Below, piece after piece: positions 1-14,290 of a stretch of DNA of 64,000 nucleotides. The notes beneath the pieces were generated by a model that saw nothing but the letters and a program-made list of their open reading frames with translations, was not told the DNA's origin and made no database searches. The stretch comes from Ruditapes philippinarum (Eukaryota): the NCBI RefSeq assembly GCF_026571515.1, contig NW_026856417.1, positions 1-64,000 on the forward strand, given 5' to 3'. A program made the translations under genes and the position numbers. The number at the start of each line of letters is the position of its first letter. The first letter of the stretch is position 1.

Positions 1-3000
1 ATCTTCATGGACGTGTTCCTTGGGTTAGGGCTTTAAGACTTTTCATGTGCAAAGAAGACCCCCTCAAGTTGTACAAAATCAAATTTGCAACGGAATTGAT
101 CAAATGGTTTTTGAATGGTAGGCTCGTGAATATGATGTTTCTTCCCGAAATTTACATAGAGAAAGAACAAAATCGCCGGTGCAAAAAAAATGACCAAGCC
201 ATGCGGAAATCTCCTGGACATATTACTTGGGTTAGGGCTTTAGGCCTTTTCATGTGCAAAGAAGACCCTCTCTAGTTGTACAAAATCGAATTTGCATTGG
301 AATTGGTCAAATGGCTTTTGAACGGTAAGCTCGTAAAATTGATGTTTTTTTTTTTCCGAAATTTATATACAGAAAAAGCAAATCGCTGGCAAGTGACCTA
401 GCCATGCGGAGATCTCAGATGGACGTGTTCCTTGGGTTAGGGCTTTAAGCCTTATCATGTGCAAAGAAGACCCCCTCAAGTTGTACAAAATCAAATTTGC
501 AACGGAATTGATCAAATGGTTTTTGAATGGTAGGCTCGTGAATATGATGTTTCTTCCCGAAATTTACATACAGAAAGAACAAATCGCCGGTGCAAAAAAA
601 TGACCAGGCCATGCGAAAATCTCCTGGATATATTACTTGAGTTAGGGCTTTAAGCCTTTTCATGTGCAAAGAATACCCTCTCTAGTTGTACAAAATCGAA
701 TTTGCATTGGAATTGGTCAAATGGCTTTTGAACGGTAAGCTCGTAAAATTGATGTTTTTTTTTTTTCAAAATTTATATACAGAAAAAGCAAATCGCTGGC
801 AAGTGACCTAGCCATGCGGAGATCTCATGGACGTGTTCCTTGGGTTAGGGCTTTAAGACTTTTCATGTGCAAAGAAGACCCCCTCAAGTTGTACAAAATC
901 AAATTTGCAACGGAATTGATCAAATGTTTTTTGAATGGTAGGCTCGTGAAAATGATGTTTCTTCCCGAAATTTACATAGAGACAGAACAAATCGCCGGTG
1001 CAAAAAAATGACCAAGCCATGCGGAAATCTCCTGGACATATTACTTAAGTTTGGGCTTTAAGCATTTTCATGTGCAAAGAAGACCCTCTCTAGTTGTACA
1101 AAATCGAATTTGCATTGGAATTGGTCAAATGGCTTTTGAACGGTAAGCTCGTAAAAATGATGTGTTTTTTTCGAAATTGATATACAGAAAAAGCAAATCA
1201 ATGGCCAGTGACCTAGCCATGCGGAGATCTCATGGACGTGTTCCTTGGGTTAGGGCTTTAAGACTTTTCATGTGCAAAGAAGACCCCCTCAAGTTGTACA
1301 AAATCAAATTTGCAACGGAATTGATCAAATGGTTTTTGAATGGTAGGCTCGTGAATATGATGTTTCTTCCCGAAATTTACATAGAGAAAGAACAAATCGC
1401 CGGTGCAAAAAAATGACCAAGCCATGCGGAAATCTCCTGGACATATTACTTGAGTTAGGGCTTTAAGCCTTTTCATGTGCAAAGAAGACCCTCTCTAGTT
1501 GTACAAAATCGAATTTGCATTGGAATTGGTCAAATGGCTTTTGAACGGTAAGCTCGTAAAATTGATGTTTTTTTCCGAAATTTATATACAGAAAAAGCAA
1601 ATCGCTGGCAAGTGACCTAGCCATGCGGAGATCTCATGGACGTGTTCCTTTGGTTAGGGCTTTAAGACTTTTCATGTGCAAAGAAGACCCCCTCAAGTTG
1701 TACAAAATCAAATTTGCAACGGAATTGATCAAATGGTTTTTGAATGGTAGGCTCGTGAATATGATGTTTCTTCCCGAAATTTACATAGAGAAAGAACAAA
1801 TCGCCGGTGCAATAAAATGACCAGGCCATGCGAAAATCTCCTGGATATATTACTTGAGTTAGGGCTTTAAGCCTTTTCATGTGCAAAGAATACCCTCTCT
1901 AGTTGTACAAAATCGAATTTGCATTGGAATTGGTCAAATGGCTTTTGAACGTTAAGCTCGTAAAATTGATGTTTTTTTTCAAAATTGATATACAGAAAAA
2001 ACAAATTGCTGGCAAAAGACCTAGCCATGCGGAGATCTCATGGACGAGTTCCTTGGGTTAGGGTTTTAAGACTTTTCATGTGCAAAGAAGACCCCCTCAA
2101 GTTGTACAATATCAAATTTGCAACGGAATTGATCAAATGGTTTTTGAATGGTAGGCTCGTGAATATGATGTTTCTTCCCGAAATTTACATAGAGAAAGAA
2201 CAAATCGCCGGTGCAAAAAAATGACCAAGCCATGCGGAAATCTCCTGGACATATTACTTGAGTTAGGGCTTTAAGCCTTTTCATGTGCAAAGAAGACCCT
2301 CTCTAGTTGTACAAAAATCGAATTTGCATTGGAATTGGTCAAATGGCTTTTGAACGGTAAGCTCGTAAAATTGATGTTTTTTTCCGAAATTTATATACAG
2401 AAAAAGCAAATCGCTGGCAAGTGACCTAGCCATGCGGAGATCTCATGGACGTGTTCCTTGGGTTAGGGCTTTAAGACTTTTCATGTGCAAATAAGACCCC
2501 CTCAAGTTGTACAAAATCAAATTTGTAACGGAATTGATCAAATGGTTTTTGAATGGTAGGCTCGTGAATATGATGTTTCTTCCCGAAATTTACATAGAGA
2601 AAGAACAAATCGCCGGTGCAAAAAAATGACCAAGCCATGCGGAAATCTCCTGGACATATTACTTGAGTTAGGGCTTTAAGCCTTTTCATGTGCAAAGAAG
2701 ACCCTCTCTAGTTGTACAAAATCGAATTTGCATTGGAATTGGTCAAATGGCTTTTGAACGGTAAGCTCGTAAAATTGATGTTTTTTTCCGAAATTTATAT
2801 ACAGAAAAAGCAAATCGCTGGCAAGTGACCTAGCCATGCGGAGATCTCATGGACGTGTTCCTTGGGTTAGGGCTTTAAGACTTTTCATGTGCAAAGAAGA
2901 CCCCCTCAAGTTGTACAAAATCAAATTTGCAACGGAATTGATCAAATGGTTTTTGAATGGTAGGCTCGTGAATATGATGTTTCTTCCCGAAATTTACATA

Positions 3001-4700
3001 GAGAAAGAACAAATCGCCGGTGCAAAAAATGACCAAGCCATGCGGAAATCTCCTGGACATATTACTTGAGTTAGGGCTTTAGGCCTTTTCATGTGCAAAG
3101 AAGACCCTCTCTAGTTGTACAAAATCGAATTTGCATTGGAATTGGTCAAATGGCTTTTGAACGGTAAGCTCGTAAAATTGATGTTTTTTTCCGAAATTTA
3201 TATACAGAAAAAGCAAATCGCTGGCAAGTGACCTAGCCATGCGGAGATCTCATGGACGTGTTCCTTGGGTTAGGGCTTTAAGACTTTTCATGTGCAAAGA
3301 AGACCCCCTCAAGTTGTACAAAATCAAATTTGCAACGGAATTGATCAAATGGTTTTTGAATGGTAGGCTCGTGAATATGATGTTTCTTCCCGAAATTTAC
3401 ATAGAGAAAGAACAAATCGCCGGTGCAAAAAATGACCAAGCCACGCGGAAATCTCCTGGACATATTACTTGAGTTAGGGCTTTAGGCCTTTTCGTGTGCA
3501 AAGAAGACCCTCTCTAGTTGTACAAAATTGAATTTGCATTGGAATTGGTCAAATGGCTTTTGAACGGTAAGCTCGTAAAATTGATGGTTTTTTTGCAGAA
3601 TTTTTAAACAGAAAAAGCAAATCGCCGGCAAGTGACTTAGCCATGCGGAGATCTCATGGACGTGTTCCTTGGGTTAGAGCTTTAAGACTTTTCATGTGCA
3701 TAGAAGACCCCCTCAAGTTGTACAAAATCAAATTTGCAACGGAATTGATCAAATGATTTTTGATTGGTAGGCTCGTGAATATGATGTTTCTTCCCGAAAT
3801 TTACATAGAGAAAGAACAAATCGCCGGTGCAAAAAATGACCAAGCCATGCGGAAATCTCCTGGACATATTACTTGAGTTAGGGCTTTAAGCCTTTTCATG
3901 TGCAAAGAAGACCCTCTTTAGTTGTATAATTTCGAATTTGCATTGGAATTGTTTTAATGGTTTTTGAACGGTAAGCTCGTAAAATTGATGTTTTTTTCCG
4001 AAATTTATGTACAGAAAAAGCAAATGGCTGGCAAGTGACCTAGCCATGCGAAGATCTCATGGACTTGTTCCTTCGGTTAGGGCTTAAAGCTTTATCATGT
4101 GCAAAGAAGACCCCCTCAAGATGTACAAAATCAAATTTGCAACGGAATTCATCAAATGGTTTTTGAATGGTAGGCTCGTGAATATGATGTTTTTTCCCGA
4201 ACTTCACATAGAGATAAAACAATCCGCCGGTGCAAAAAAAAGACCAAGCCACTCGGAAATCTCCTGGACAAATTACTTGGGTTTGGGCTTTAGGCCTTTT
4301 CGTGTGCTAAGAAGACCCTCTTTATTTGTACAAAATTGAATTTGCATTGGAATTGGTCAAATGGCTTTTGAACGGTAGGCTAGTAAAATTGATGTTTTTT
4401 CTTCTGAAATATATAGACAGAAAAAACAAATCGCTGGCAAGTGACTTAGCCATGCGGAGATCTCATGGACGTGTTTCTTGGGTTAGGGCTTTAAGACTTA
4501 TCATGTGCAAAGAAGACCCCCTCAAGTTGTACAAAATTGAATTTGCAACGGAATTGATCAAATTGTTTTTGAATGGCAGGCTCGTGAATATGATGTTTCT
4601 TCCCGAAATTTACATAGAGACAAAACAAATCGCCGCTGCAACAAATGACTAAGCCACGAGCAAATCTCCTGGACATATTACTTTTGGGATAGGGCTTTAG
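1..4700. repeat. Tandem satellite, ~404-bp period made of two related ~200-bp subunits (A/B dimer), about 11-12 dimers
   Basis: ATCTCATGGACGTGTTCCTTGGGTTAGGGC recurs near 822, 1631, 2440, 2844, 3247, 3651 and 4460. A diverged half (ATCTCCTGGACATATTACTTGAGTTAGGGC) lies midway between. Homopolymer indels shift the frames of the repeated ORFs. Confidence 0.97.
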
Positions 4701-6000
4701 GCCTTATAATATTCAAAGAAGACGCTCCAAAATTGTACATAATCGAAAATGTTCAAATAGTTTTTGAACGGTTTGCTCGATGATTTTTCCTAAAATTTAT
4801 ATAGAGAAAGAACCAATCGCCTGTCAAAAAATGTATCAAGTTACGCGAAAATCTCCTGGACATATTGCTTGGGTTAGAGCTTGATGCCTTATTATGTGCA
4901 AAGAAGACCCTCCAAAGTGTTACAAAAACGAATTTGCAGAATGGTGTTTTAACGGTTTGCTCTAGAATACAGTGGGCTTTTTTACGAAAAATATACACTT
5001 TATTGAAAAATAATCAATTGCCGGTCTAAAAATGACCGTGTCGCGAACATATCCCGGACATATGTTTGGGTTAATGTTTTAGTCCTCATTTTATGCAAAG
5101 AAGTCACTTAAGTTGTACAAAACTGAATATGCAACGGAATCAGACAAATTTCTAACAGTTGGCTCTAAAATATAGTGGGTTTTTTTTTACGAAATATAAT
5201 ACACCATAATAATATATATATAGAGGGAGAACAAATCGACTGTCTTAAAATTGGCCATGCCACGCTGAAATCTCCCGGACATAATGTTTGAATAAGGGCT
5301 TTGGTGTTCATTTTGGACAAAGAAAACCCTCAAAAATTGTACAGATACAAATTTGCAACGTAATCAAACAAATGATGTATAAACAGTTCGCTTTAGAATA
5401 TGGTGCTTTTTACGAAATTTCTCAGACTTCATATACTTTAGAACTAAACGCCGGTTCAAAAAGCGATTATTTATGGGGCCTCTTTCTTTTATTTTTCTTG
5501 CGTTATCTAGGTTTTTTAAAATATTTATTGCTGTGAAGAAGATCCTCTTTATCACCACAATCTTCGTGATCATTCCACTTTTTCTCTTAATACGTAGCGA
5601 TCATTTTTACTATGGCTAACTGTACATGACGTTAATTCCTGTGAGAACGTGCTCTAAATTGCGTCTCTTTGTCACACACCACTAAATAACATTTCTATAG
5701 AGCTGTGATTGGTCAAAATAATGTAAAACACATCTTAAGGAGGGTTTTATCTCCGTAATGACACTTTGTAAGTTTTCAATTTATCTACGGTTATATCGAA
5801 AACAGCAATTCGCCGGTCGAAAAACGACCAAGCCATGCGGATTTCCACGAATCCATTTTGATGTTAGAGCTTTAATCGTCATATTGTGCAAGAAGATGAA
5901 TTTACAACGGAATCACGCACATGCTGTTTTAACGGTTGGCTCTAGAATATTGTGTGTTTTACAAAAAAATATTCACTTTATAAATAGAAAATGTCAGTAC
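4701..6000. repeat. Degenerate edge copies of the same ~200-bp satellite monomer
   Basis: Motifs GCAAAGAAGACC, ATCGCCGG, ATCTCC(T/C)GGACAT and AACGGAAT persist with rising divergence. Confidence 0.85.
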
Positions 6001-6039
6001 AATGTAGTTAAGTTGTTTAAAATGGGAAACCAAGAACAT

Positions 6040-7000
6040 TTCTAGCGTAAGGAAATACAATATGGATGAAATAACTCACAGTGATAGGCCTTTTGAGTAG
6101 GACTTAACAGGGAAAACCAAAAACATTTAAGCCTCAGGAAATACACTCAGTTTGACCAAACCCATGGTTATAGGCCTTTCAGTAGGTATCAACGGAAAAC
6201 CAAGCCCGGATCTATCTTAAATGCATTCAGTCAAGCTGACCAAACTCCCAATGAAAGACTTTTTAGTAGTTCTTAACAGAAAACCAAGACCTTTACCTTT
6301 CTATGCATAGCCAATACAGTTATGCTTATCAGACCCATGGTGATAGGCCTTTTCAGTATTTCTTAACGGAAAACCAAGAACCTTTCTAGCCTCAGGAAAT
6401 ACTGTCAAGCTGAACAAACCCACGTTGAACGGCCTTTTTGTAATCCTTAACGGAAAACCAAGCCCGGTCCTACCCTCAGGGAATAATGTCAAGCTGGCCA
6501 AACCTACGGTGATGCAACATTTTAGTTATTCTAAACGGAAAACAAAGCCCGGTTCTAGCCTCAGGGGATGAGTCAATCTGACCAAATCCACGATGATAGG
6601 CCCTTTTAGAAGTTCTTAACGGCAAATTAAGAACCTTTCTAGCCTTAGAGAATACATTCAAGCTCATTAAATCCAATGTGATAGGCATTTCTTAACGGAA
6701 ACCCAAGCCCGATTCTAGAGTAAGCAAACACAGTCAAATTGACTAAACCCTATGTGATAGTTCCTAAAGAAAACGAAGGACCTTTCTAGCTTCAGGAAAT
6801 ACAGACAAGTTGACCAAATCCACAGTAATATGCCGTTGTAGTGTTTCTTAACAAAAAATCAAACCCGGCTCTAACCTCAGACTGACCAAACACACGATGA
6901 TGGGCCTTCTGAGTAGTCATTTTGATGGAAACCCAAGTCCGGTTTTAGCCTCGGGGAATAAAGTCAAGCTGACTAAATCCTTGGTGGAAGGCGGTTTTAG
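6040..7000. repeat. ~80-bp minisatellite (left part)
   Basis: Repeated AACGGAAAACCAAG...CCTCAGGAAATACAGTCAAGCTGACCAAACCCATGGTGATAGGCCTTTT. Confidence 0.9.
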
Positions 7001-7004
7001 AATG

Positions 7005-10000
7005 ATATAATATAATGAAATATATTTTCGAAAATCGGGAGGTATTGGTTTCCTAGTTAAAAACTCAGTTACTGAGTATGTTGAAATTAAGAAGTCTGAA
7101 CGCGAATATGTTTTTTGGCTAAAAATTTGTAAATCTGTGTTTACTGATTTAGACAAAGATTTTTTTATTGGTGTTATATATATATATCCCTCCCCAACAG
7201 TCGCGGTTGACAATAATGACGAATTTTTCAAATTCGAAAACAAGGCTTCTACTTCATGTAGTAACAACAAATATTGTATTATTCTGGGCGATGCAAATGC
7301 ACACACTGCCTATTTACCTGATTAAGTGATTTTTGATGAATTTCTTCAAACACTTTTTGATTTAAGTGAGGATTTTATAGGCGAATTAAGCACTACAGAG
7401 GTCCTAGAATAATGATATTCCATTGAATAGGACATCTAAAGATACAAAAACAAATGCTAAAGGGTTTAAATTCTATTCTATTCTATTCTAATGAAGTTAC
7501 ATTTTTATTTTAAATGGGCGTATAGGCAATGATTATAGAGTTGGAGAATTTACTTTTAGAGATACTTCTACCATAGACTACGTAGCGTCAACAATTAACT
7601 GTTTTAAAATTTTGCAAATTTTGAAATAGTAAACACTGATCCCCTGTTCTCTGACGGCCATGCCCTCCTTTCAGTCACTGTTAATTGTTCTTTTAATTTC
7701 CAAACAATATTCCCAAACCGCATGTAAATATTAACCATATGGCGACGTCGAAACCACCAAAATTGCAGAATAGGTTGACAAATAAATTCGTAGAAAACTT
7801 GTGTCGAAAAAATAAACGAAGTTTTAGTTATGGTAAAAAATATATCACCTCATTCCTTCTAAACGCGAAAAAAATTTGGTCTCAGATCATATTGCGGAAC
7901 TTTATGATTCGGCTACATCGACATTTCCTAAAAATTACTCATCTTTTCAATAAAAAAGATAAATCTAAAGCGTGTTTCGGGCCTCTTTGAGCTTAATAAA
8001 GGCAACGATACAACTCGGCGAGAAAGAAATGTATTTTGCGTAAGTCTGACCTATATAGACACGAATAAAATAGGGCGAGTAAAGTTTTAAAACAAACGAT
8101 GAATATCTTAAAGCGGCACGCCTCCAGATTCATGCTAATTTTCATGAAAATTTTGAAAATGTCTTTAAAAGTATTATTCAGTGAAATAACCAAAAGGAAG
8201 CAATTTACACAATATCAATGGCACTTACAACCCACGTAAATTACTAAAAAGAGGACAAAATATTCAAAAATAGCCCTTTCTGCGTTAGTAACGCAGTAGA
8301 AATATAGTTATAAATACTGAAAAATCGGTCATTGACCGCACATAACATGTAAATTATTCCTAGAACTTTGAATCTTTACACTTTTCCTAAAATCTTAGTA
8401 CATTTTTCTCAGGTTTGATTTTATTGAAATATTTTTCTCATCTGGAGGCGTGCAGCTTTAATACAAAAGCACAGATATAAAAATGAACGAAAACTCCGCT
8501 ATGTTGAAAATTTTGAATAGTCTTAATACTGAATCTAAACGTAATAAAATACCAGATTTCTGAATATTACGAATATTATAAAAATACTAATGCTGATACT
8601 GAATATGATGACAACTTTAATTTTGAATGTGACATTAGTTCACAAGAAAACAATAATGTCTATAATGGTAAAACCTCTTCTGCAGAAATAAGTAAAGCGT
8701 TTCGGAAATGTAATAACTCAAAAGTTACATCACCGCAAGACTATATACACATGTATAACAAATATTTAAAGAGTACTGAACATATAATGAAATCAATTTA
8801 CTGCGACTTCTTTAACAAAATATTTGATTCGGGTATTCTAGCTGATATCTGGTTAATAGGAACTATAACCCCAATTTTTAAACAGAAAAGGTCCCCACTC
8901 GCAGTGGAAATATAAAGACCAATAACAATATTAAGCGGTTTACAAAACGATGTTTACTGCGATTCTAAATGAAATAAGTTTCTTTTATTCAATAACTCAT
9001 TAAACAAAAAAAGCAGGTTTTGGATTAACTATTCAACGTCAGACCAAGTTTTTATGTTAAAACTTCTTATAGATAAGTTAAGAGCTAAAAAGAAAAAACT
9101 ATTTGTTCGTTCATTGATTTTTCTGCATCCTTCGACAAAATTTGGATAGTGGGTTTATGGAGCAAGTTACTACAAACCGGTATAAATGGGAAACTATTCC
9201 AGGTCATTTTTAACATGAATGCAGATATAAAGTCCTGTGTCACATTAAATTATAATATTTTTCCGTTTTTTAAACGCCAGTGTGGAGTCAGGCAAGGTGA
9301 AAATATGTCTCTGATCCTGTTTTATATTTATCTTAACGATCTAGAATCTTATCTTGCTATAAACAACAACGGAATCATAATTTAACGCCCAAATACTGAC
9401 ATAGGCCTATATTTAAAATTGTTTAACTTGTTCTATGCAGACGACACATTTCAAACCTTATTGAACGATTTTCATAAATATTGTCAAACTTGGAAATTGA
9501 AAATAAACATGAATAAAACAAAAATAATAATATTTGGAACGAACAAACCGAAAACTTATTACTTAATGGAGAACCAGTTGAAATTGTTAAAGAATATAAA
9601 TACCTATGAGTTTTATTTTCACCTTCAGGAAGCTTTCTCAGTGCTAGAAAATTAATTTCGAGTCAAGCAAACAAAGCAATGCAGCTATTAAATGCAAACA
9701 TATTTTACCTTGATCTTCCTTTAGATATTCAATTTAAATTGTTTGATCAGACTATACTACCAATACTAATTGCGAGGTCTGGGGTTTTGAGAATATTGAG
9801 ATTATTGAAAAAGTACATTACGACTTTCTTAGATAAAATACGAAAGTAATAAAAGTACACCCCTCTATATGCTTTACGGAAAATTAGGCAGATCTCCCCT
9901 AGAAATTATAATTTAATCAAGAATTATTAAATTCTGGAGCAACTTAATTTCCGGAAATCAAAATAAAATACATAAAATATGTTACGGCAATATGTTGAAT

Positions 10001-11050
10001 TCCAATACAAATAACAAATGGTTTAATTTGCTCAGAGATATTCTTTACTCCACCAGTCCACAGGGAACACCTTTTTTGGATACATCAAAGTACAAATAAT
10101 CTTAAAATGTTAATAAAATTACTCTTATTGATTACTTTTTACAGAAAAAAACTGACGTAAAACTTGAACCATATCTAAAAGTCTTACCAAGCCATTTGAG
10201 ACTGACTTTATTTCATTTTAGAACATAAACTACTGGTTGAAACTTGGCGGTGGTACAACTTCCGCGTCCAATACGAAAATAGAAAATGCATTTTGTGTCC
10301 ACTTGACGAAATTGGCGACAAATTTCACTATTAATTTAAATGTCCATTTCTTTGACAAGAATAAAATTTATTCCGAAAACTTACTATAAGAGACCGAACG
10401 TCCCGAGGTTTGCGGAACTGTTTTCCGCCGATTCATTAAACATAATGCACATGTCGCAACAAATAATGAACCATTTTCGAAATTAAATAACAAAGGTTAA
10501 CCGTGAAAATACAAAGCATGCAAATATTGCACATTACTATTAATACTTATGTCTTGCTTACCTTTCGTTAATCCCAAGAGCCCGAATCAATATGAATATT
10601 TCTATCAACAATAAATCCATTTATTATTTTTCACAGTGACAAGTGCGCGAGCATTCGATTTTCGACCACACCGTTGCTTCGTTACGCCGAAAGAGATTAA
10701 ATCTTGGCCACGCTTACTTTTGATAATCTATGAATGAAAAATCGTGCTTCCCGTGCGTCACGGACATTGATAGTTAATTTGTAGAAACTATATCTCAGCG
10801 GTGTATTGATTTCAGTTTGTCCCGTTAGATTTGAATTTACCTATTCAATTTGTTTTTATATACGAAGATACTTTGTTTATCTAGAATATAAAAAACTTAC
10901 TACTTCTTTTACACATTGATAAATTGTTACATACAAAAATTACTTTCTCAACCTGTTCCTTATATTACTTTCATTTAAGCTATAGTCATTCTATGTTATC
11001 GGATATAGTTTGAAAATATAATTAAAATGCCAACAATAAGAAAAAATAAA
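7005..11050 (+). mobile_element. 5'-truncated, degenerate non-LTR retrotransposon (LINE; APE endonuclease + reverse transcriptase ORF2 remnants)
   Basis: APE motifs SGGIGFLVK (~7030), IILGDANAHT (~7280), LNGRIGND..GEFTF..STIDY (~7510-7585) and SDGHA. RT motifs GVRQGENMS..LF.IYLNDL (~9285-9345) and LFYADD (~9430). C-terminal C-x2-C...IGD.FHY...CP near 10290-10345. Many stops and frameshifts. A-rich tract at ~11035-11050, so the 3' end is approximate. Confidence 0.92.
8112..8457. mobile_element. Non-autonomous Kolobok-type DNA transposon (MITE) nested in the LINE
   Basis: TTAA at 8108-8111 and 8458-8461. 18-bp TIR AGCGGCACGCCTCCAGAT / ATCTGGAGGCGTGCAGCT (1 mismatch), AG...CT termini. Removing it restores the LINE frame KQTMNIL|IQKHRYKNERKLR. 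Confidence 0.9.
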
Positions 11051-11179
11051 ACTTTTTGATCATGTTGTTGCATTTACATGTATGTGACCTGATTCTAAAT
11101 AAAAGCATTTTTGTTGTTGTTGTTTTTTGTGGTTTTTTTGTGTTTTTTTTTTGGTTTTGTTTTTGTTGTTTGTTGTAAG

Positions 11180-11500
11180 TAGTACTAAACGGAAAACGAA
11201 GAACATTTCTAGCTTCAAAGAATAGTCAATACAGGAATACAGCACGGTGATAGACCTTTTAAGTAGTTTGTAACGGAAAACTGAACCCGGTAAACCTCAG
11301 TGAATACAATAAAATTGACCAAACCAACGTCAAACGATGAGTTCGTAATTGAAAACCAAGCCCGGTCCTAGCCTCATTGGGTACAGTCAAGCTGCCCAAA
11401 ACCACGGTGATTGGCCTTTAAATAGTTCTTAACGGAAAACTAATTGCGGTTCTAGTATCAGGGAATACATTGAAGCTGACTAAATCCACTACCTTTTAGA
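11180..11500. repeat. ~80-bp minisatellite (right part, resumes after the LINE)
   Basis: Same unit as 6040-7000 (AACGGAAAAC, AAGCCCGGTCCTAGCCTCA, CAGTCAAGCTG, CACGGTGAT.GGCCTTTT). Confidence 0.85.
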
Positions 11501-11974
11501 AAGTAGTCGGGCTTTTGTGCGAAAAAACAACTGAGTATCCTGATGGAGCACGCATGGTGTTCCAGTATCAATCTTTCTATATATCAGTTTTAATTTTTCA
11601 TGAAAAGTTCTTCATATTTTTTTGCAATAAATGCAAAGTATGAATTATCTACTACCTCCTTGTAGGTAGTTTGGGATTTACGCAAATAACAAACCGAGTT
11701 CCCTGGTCGACATTGGGATACGGGGTGATACATTTTGGTAGAACTCATTTTTCTTTTCATATGTTTCTTTTTTTTATTCTGAAAAAAATGTTACTGATTT
11801 TAGAGAAATACAAATTATATTCTTTCAATTTATGATGTAGGGGGTGGGCGGTATAATAATATAAAACAAAACACATATTTGGATACATTACCATTAAATT
11901 TGTTTCAGAAAAATACTTTTATAGTAAATTTATAATCTAATAGTAGTAATATGTAGTATCTCATCTGTTAAAGC

Positions 11975-12315
11975 TGGTGTTGTATGTTCTATTTTGTCTC
12001 ATTATCATATGTATATTTTGTTTAATTTCATTTTGTATGTCTTGTTCTGTTTATTGTCATGCTGTAAGTTCGCTTTAGTCTCGAATTGTATGTTCTGTTC
12101 TGTTTAGTCTCATGTTGTATGTTCTGTGCTGTTAAGTCTCATAGTGTATGTCCTGTGCTGTTAAGTATCATGTGGTATGTTGTGTGCTGTTACTTCTCAT
12201 GTCGTATGTTCTGTGCTGTTAATTCTCATGTCGTATGTTCTTTGCTGTTAAGTCTCATGTCGTATGTTATGTGCTGTAAAGTCTCATGTCGTATGTTCTT
12301 TCCTGTTAGGTTCAT
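11975..12315. repeat. ~26-bp minisatellite (GTATGTTCTGTGCTGTTAAGTCTCATGTC-like)
   Basis: Direct tandem copies are visible. Confidence 0.85.
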
Positions 12316-13159
12316 GTATAATGCATACTCACCGCATTGAAAAATTAAGAATTATTTATGAAACAAAGTGCGGATTTTATTTTCTTTATTTTCACTGTAT
12401 AAATTTATTTTTCACTGCAGTGAAACATATTTTCCGTATTTTCACTGGTACCTTGCCGGACTACCTTCCTCTAAATTAAACCAATACACAGAATTAAAAG
12501 GGAATTTTGCCTATTTATAGGTTAAAAATTTATAAAATAAACAGAAAATTTATGTTTTTTTTCCTACAAATACAGGATTTATTGTCAGCTAGTGGTATGA
12601 AAGTTATTATATTTCACCCGATGAAAAAAAATCCTGTATTTATAGAGGAAACTTGTATAAACTTCTTCTATAACTTCAAAATGCGAGAACACAACAGAGA
12701 CAGCAACAGTAATGTTTGTAGGTAATTAGACAATTTCGTTTAAATTCTTTTAGGAAGAATGGCTTGTCTTATTTCAAGTAATTGTTAAAAATTAAAGTAA
12801 ATATAAGTTACTAAACCTATGAACGGCAAACCATGTTGTGCTCTGACTTCCACTTAGATAATATTTATAATAGCCCAAAACGAAACAAATAATCTCAAAT
12901 TATCATGCACTATGATTAAAATTGAGTCAGTGCATCGAAAACGTTACCAATAATACCAACAGAAACCAAATGATACATGTACCAAGTAAAAAGGAAATAT
13001 CTAAACTATAAAATTGAACTATCAATACTGTAACTTTTCATTGAACATTTTATTTTAATTGGATAGGGAAAGGAAGCCTTATTTCGTACACATATTAAAG
13101 CAAAATTTGATTGTAATTTGATTGTATTTGACAAAAGAAATAAATCTAATTAGATTTAT

Positions 13160-13318
13160 NNNNNNNNNNNNNNNNNNNNNNNNNNNNNNNNNNNNNNNNN
13201 NNNNNNNNNNNNNNNNNNNNNNNNNNNNNNNNNNNNNNNNNNNNNNNNNNNNNNNNNNNNNNNNNNNNNNNNNNNNNNNNNNNNNNNNNNNNNNNNNNNN
13301 NNNNNNNNNNNNNNNNNN
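13160..13318. other. Assembly gap (159 N)
   Basis: Run of N. Confidence 1.
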
Positions 13319-13434
13319 ATTCCTTTAATATTGCCTTCTATTTCAAAGAAAAATACAAGTTATTATATTGCCATAGGAAACTAAAAATAAATAAAGATTA
13401 AGGTGATGGCTCACACTTTCCAATAAACAGAATG

Positions 13435-13620
13435 TAAGAATTCATGAACACTGTTTCAGCTTCATGAATTTATGATTTCAACTTCACAAATGCAGGATTT
13501 GAACTTTGTCAATTTACTATTTTAACTTCGCGAATACACGATTTTTACTATTTCAAGTACACGAATTGACAATTTCAACTTAACGAATGTTTTAAACCTC
13601 GAGATTTCAATTTCATCAGT
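13435..13620. repeat. ~21-bp degenerate repeat (AATTCACGATTTCAACTTCACG-like); related patch at 19545-19655
   Basis: The same motif occurs in the same orientation at both sites. Confidence 0.65.
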
Positions 13621-14124
13621 TTCTCTCTTTTTGTTTAGAATTCTAAAATACCATTATCATTAAATCATATCGTTAAATCAAAATTACAGGACTCACCATA
13701 AACGCAGAATACAAATCGTCAATCGCAAGTGTTCATTACGAGCCATATAGCCAAATTTATGCTAGACTTTACTTTGAACAGTAAAATTTAAACATGAAAT
13801 ATGTTGAAATTGTCTTAATAGATGTCTGCGGATTTTAAACAGAATGAATATGGGCTAAAAAGTAAAGGCTAGAATACCGTGTTGCGTTGTATATCTTAAT
13901 ACAAATAAAGAGATAATCGAATATATATTGTCGTTTATTGTTTGTTCAGTCAAAGATCTATCGATGCTTTACATATACAGTGCACTGACTATATAATCAG
14001 TATGCAACTGACATGTTAATAAATCTAGGAAATATATCATTTAGCTGGGTAAAACTTTATAATTTTAATGTTACTCTGGCAAATATCTGACATACGAAAG
14101 CCTAATATTAATTGAATATGGTAT

Positions 14125-14290
14125 TGGTAAGGCGTTATAACGCGAAACAAAAGGAGTGATAACGCGAAAAGGGGCATTATCACGAGAATAAAGGCGTAGT
14201 AATTAACGCAAATAAAGGCGTTATAACGCAAAAATGCGTTATTACACGAAACAAAGGGCATAGTAACGCGAATCAAAAGACGTGATTACG
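14125..14290. repeat. ~22-bp minisatellite (AAGGCGTTATAACGCGAAA-like)
   Basis: About 7 degenerate tandem copies. Confidence 0.75.

Noticed and set aside
20-4490. GGGTTAGGG motif suggesting telomeric sequence
   Set aside because: There is one motif per monomer and no (TTAGGG)n tract.
33-4998. Many near-identical 60-108-aa ORFs (MCKEDPLKLYKIKF...)
   Set aside because: They are translations of the satellite. Frames are broken by homopolymer indels and ORFs occur on both strands.
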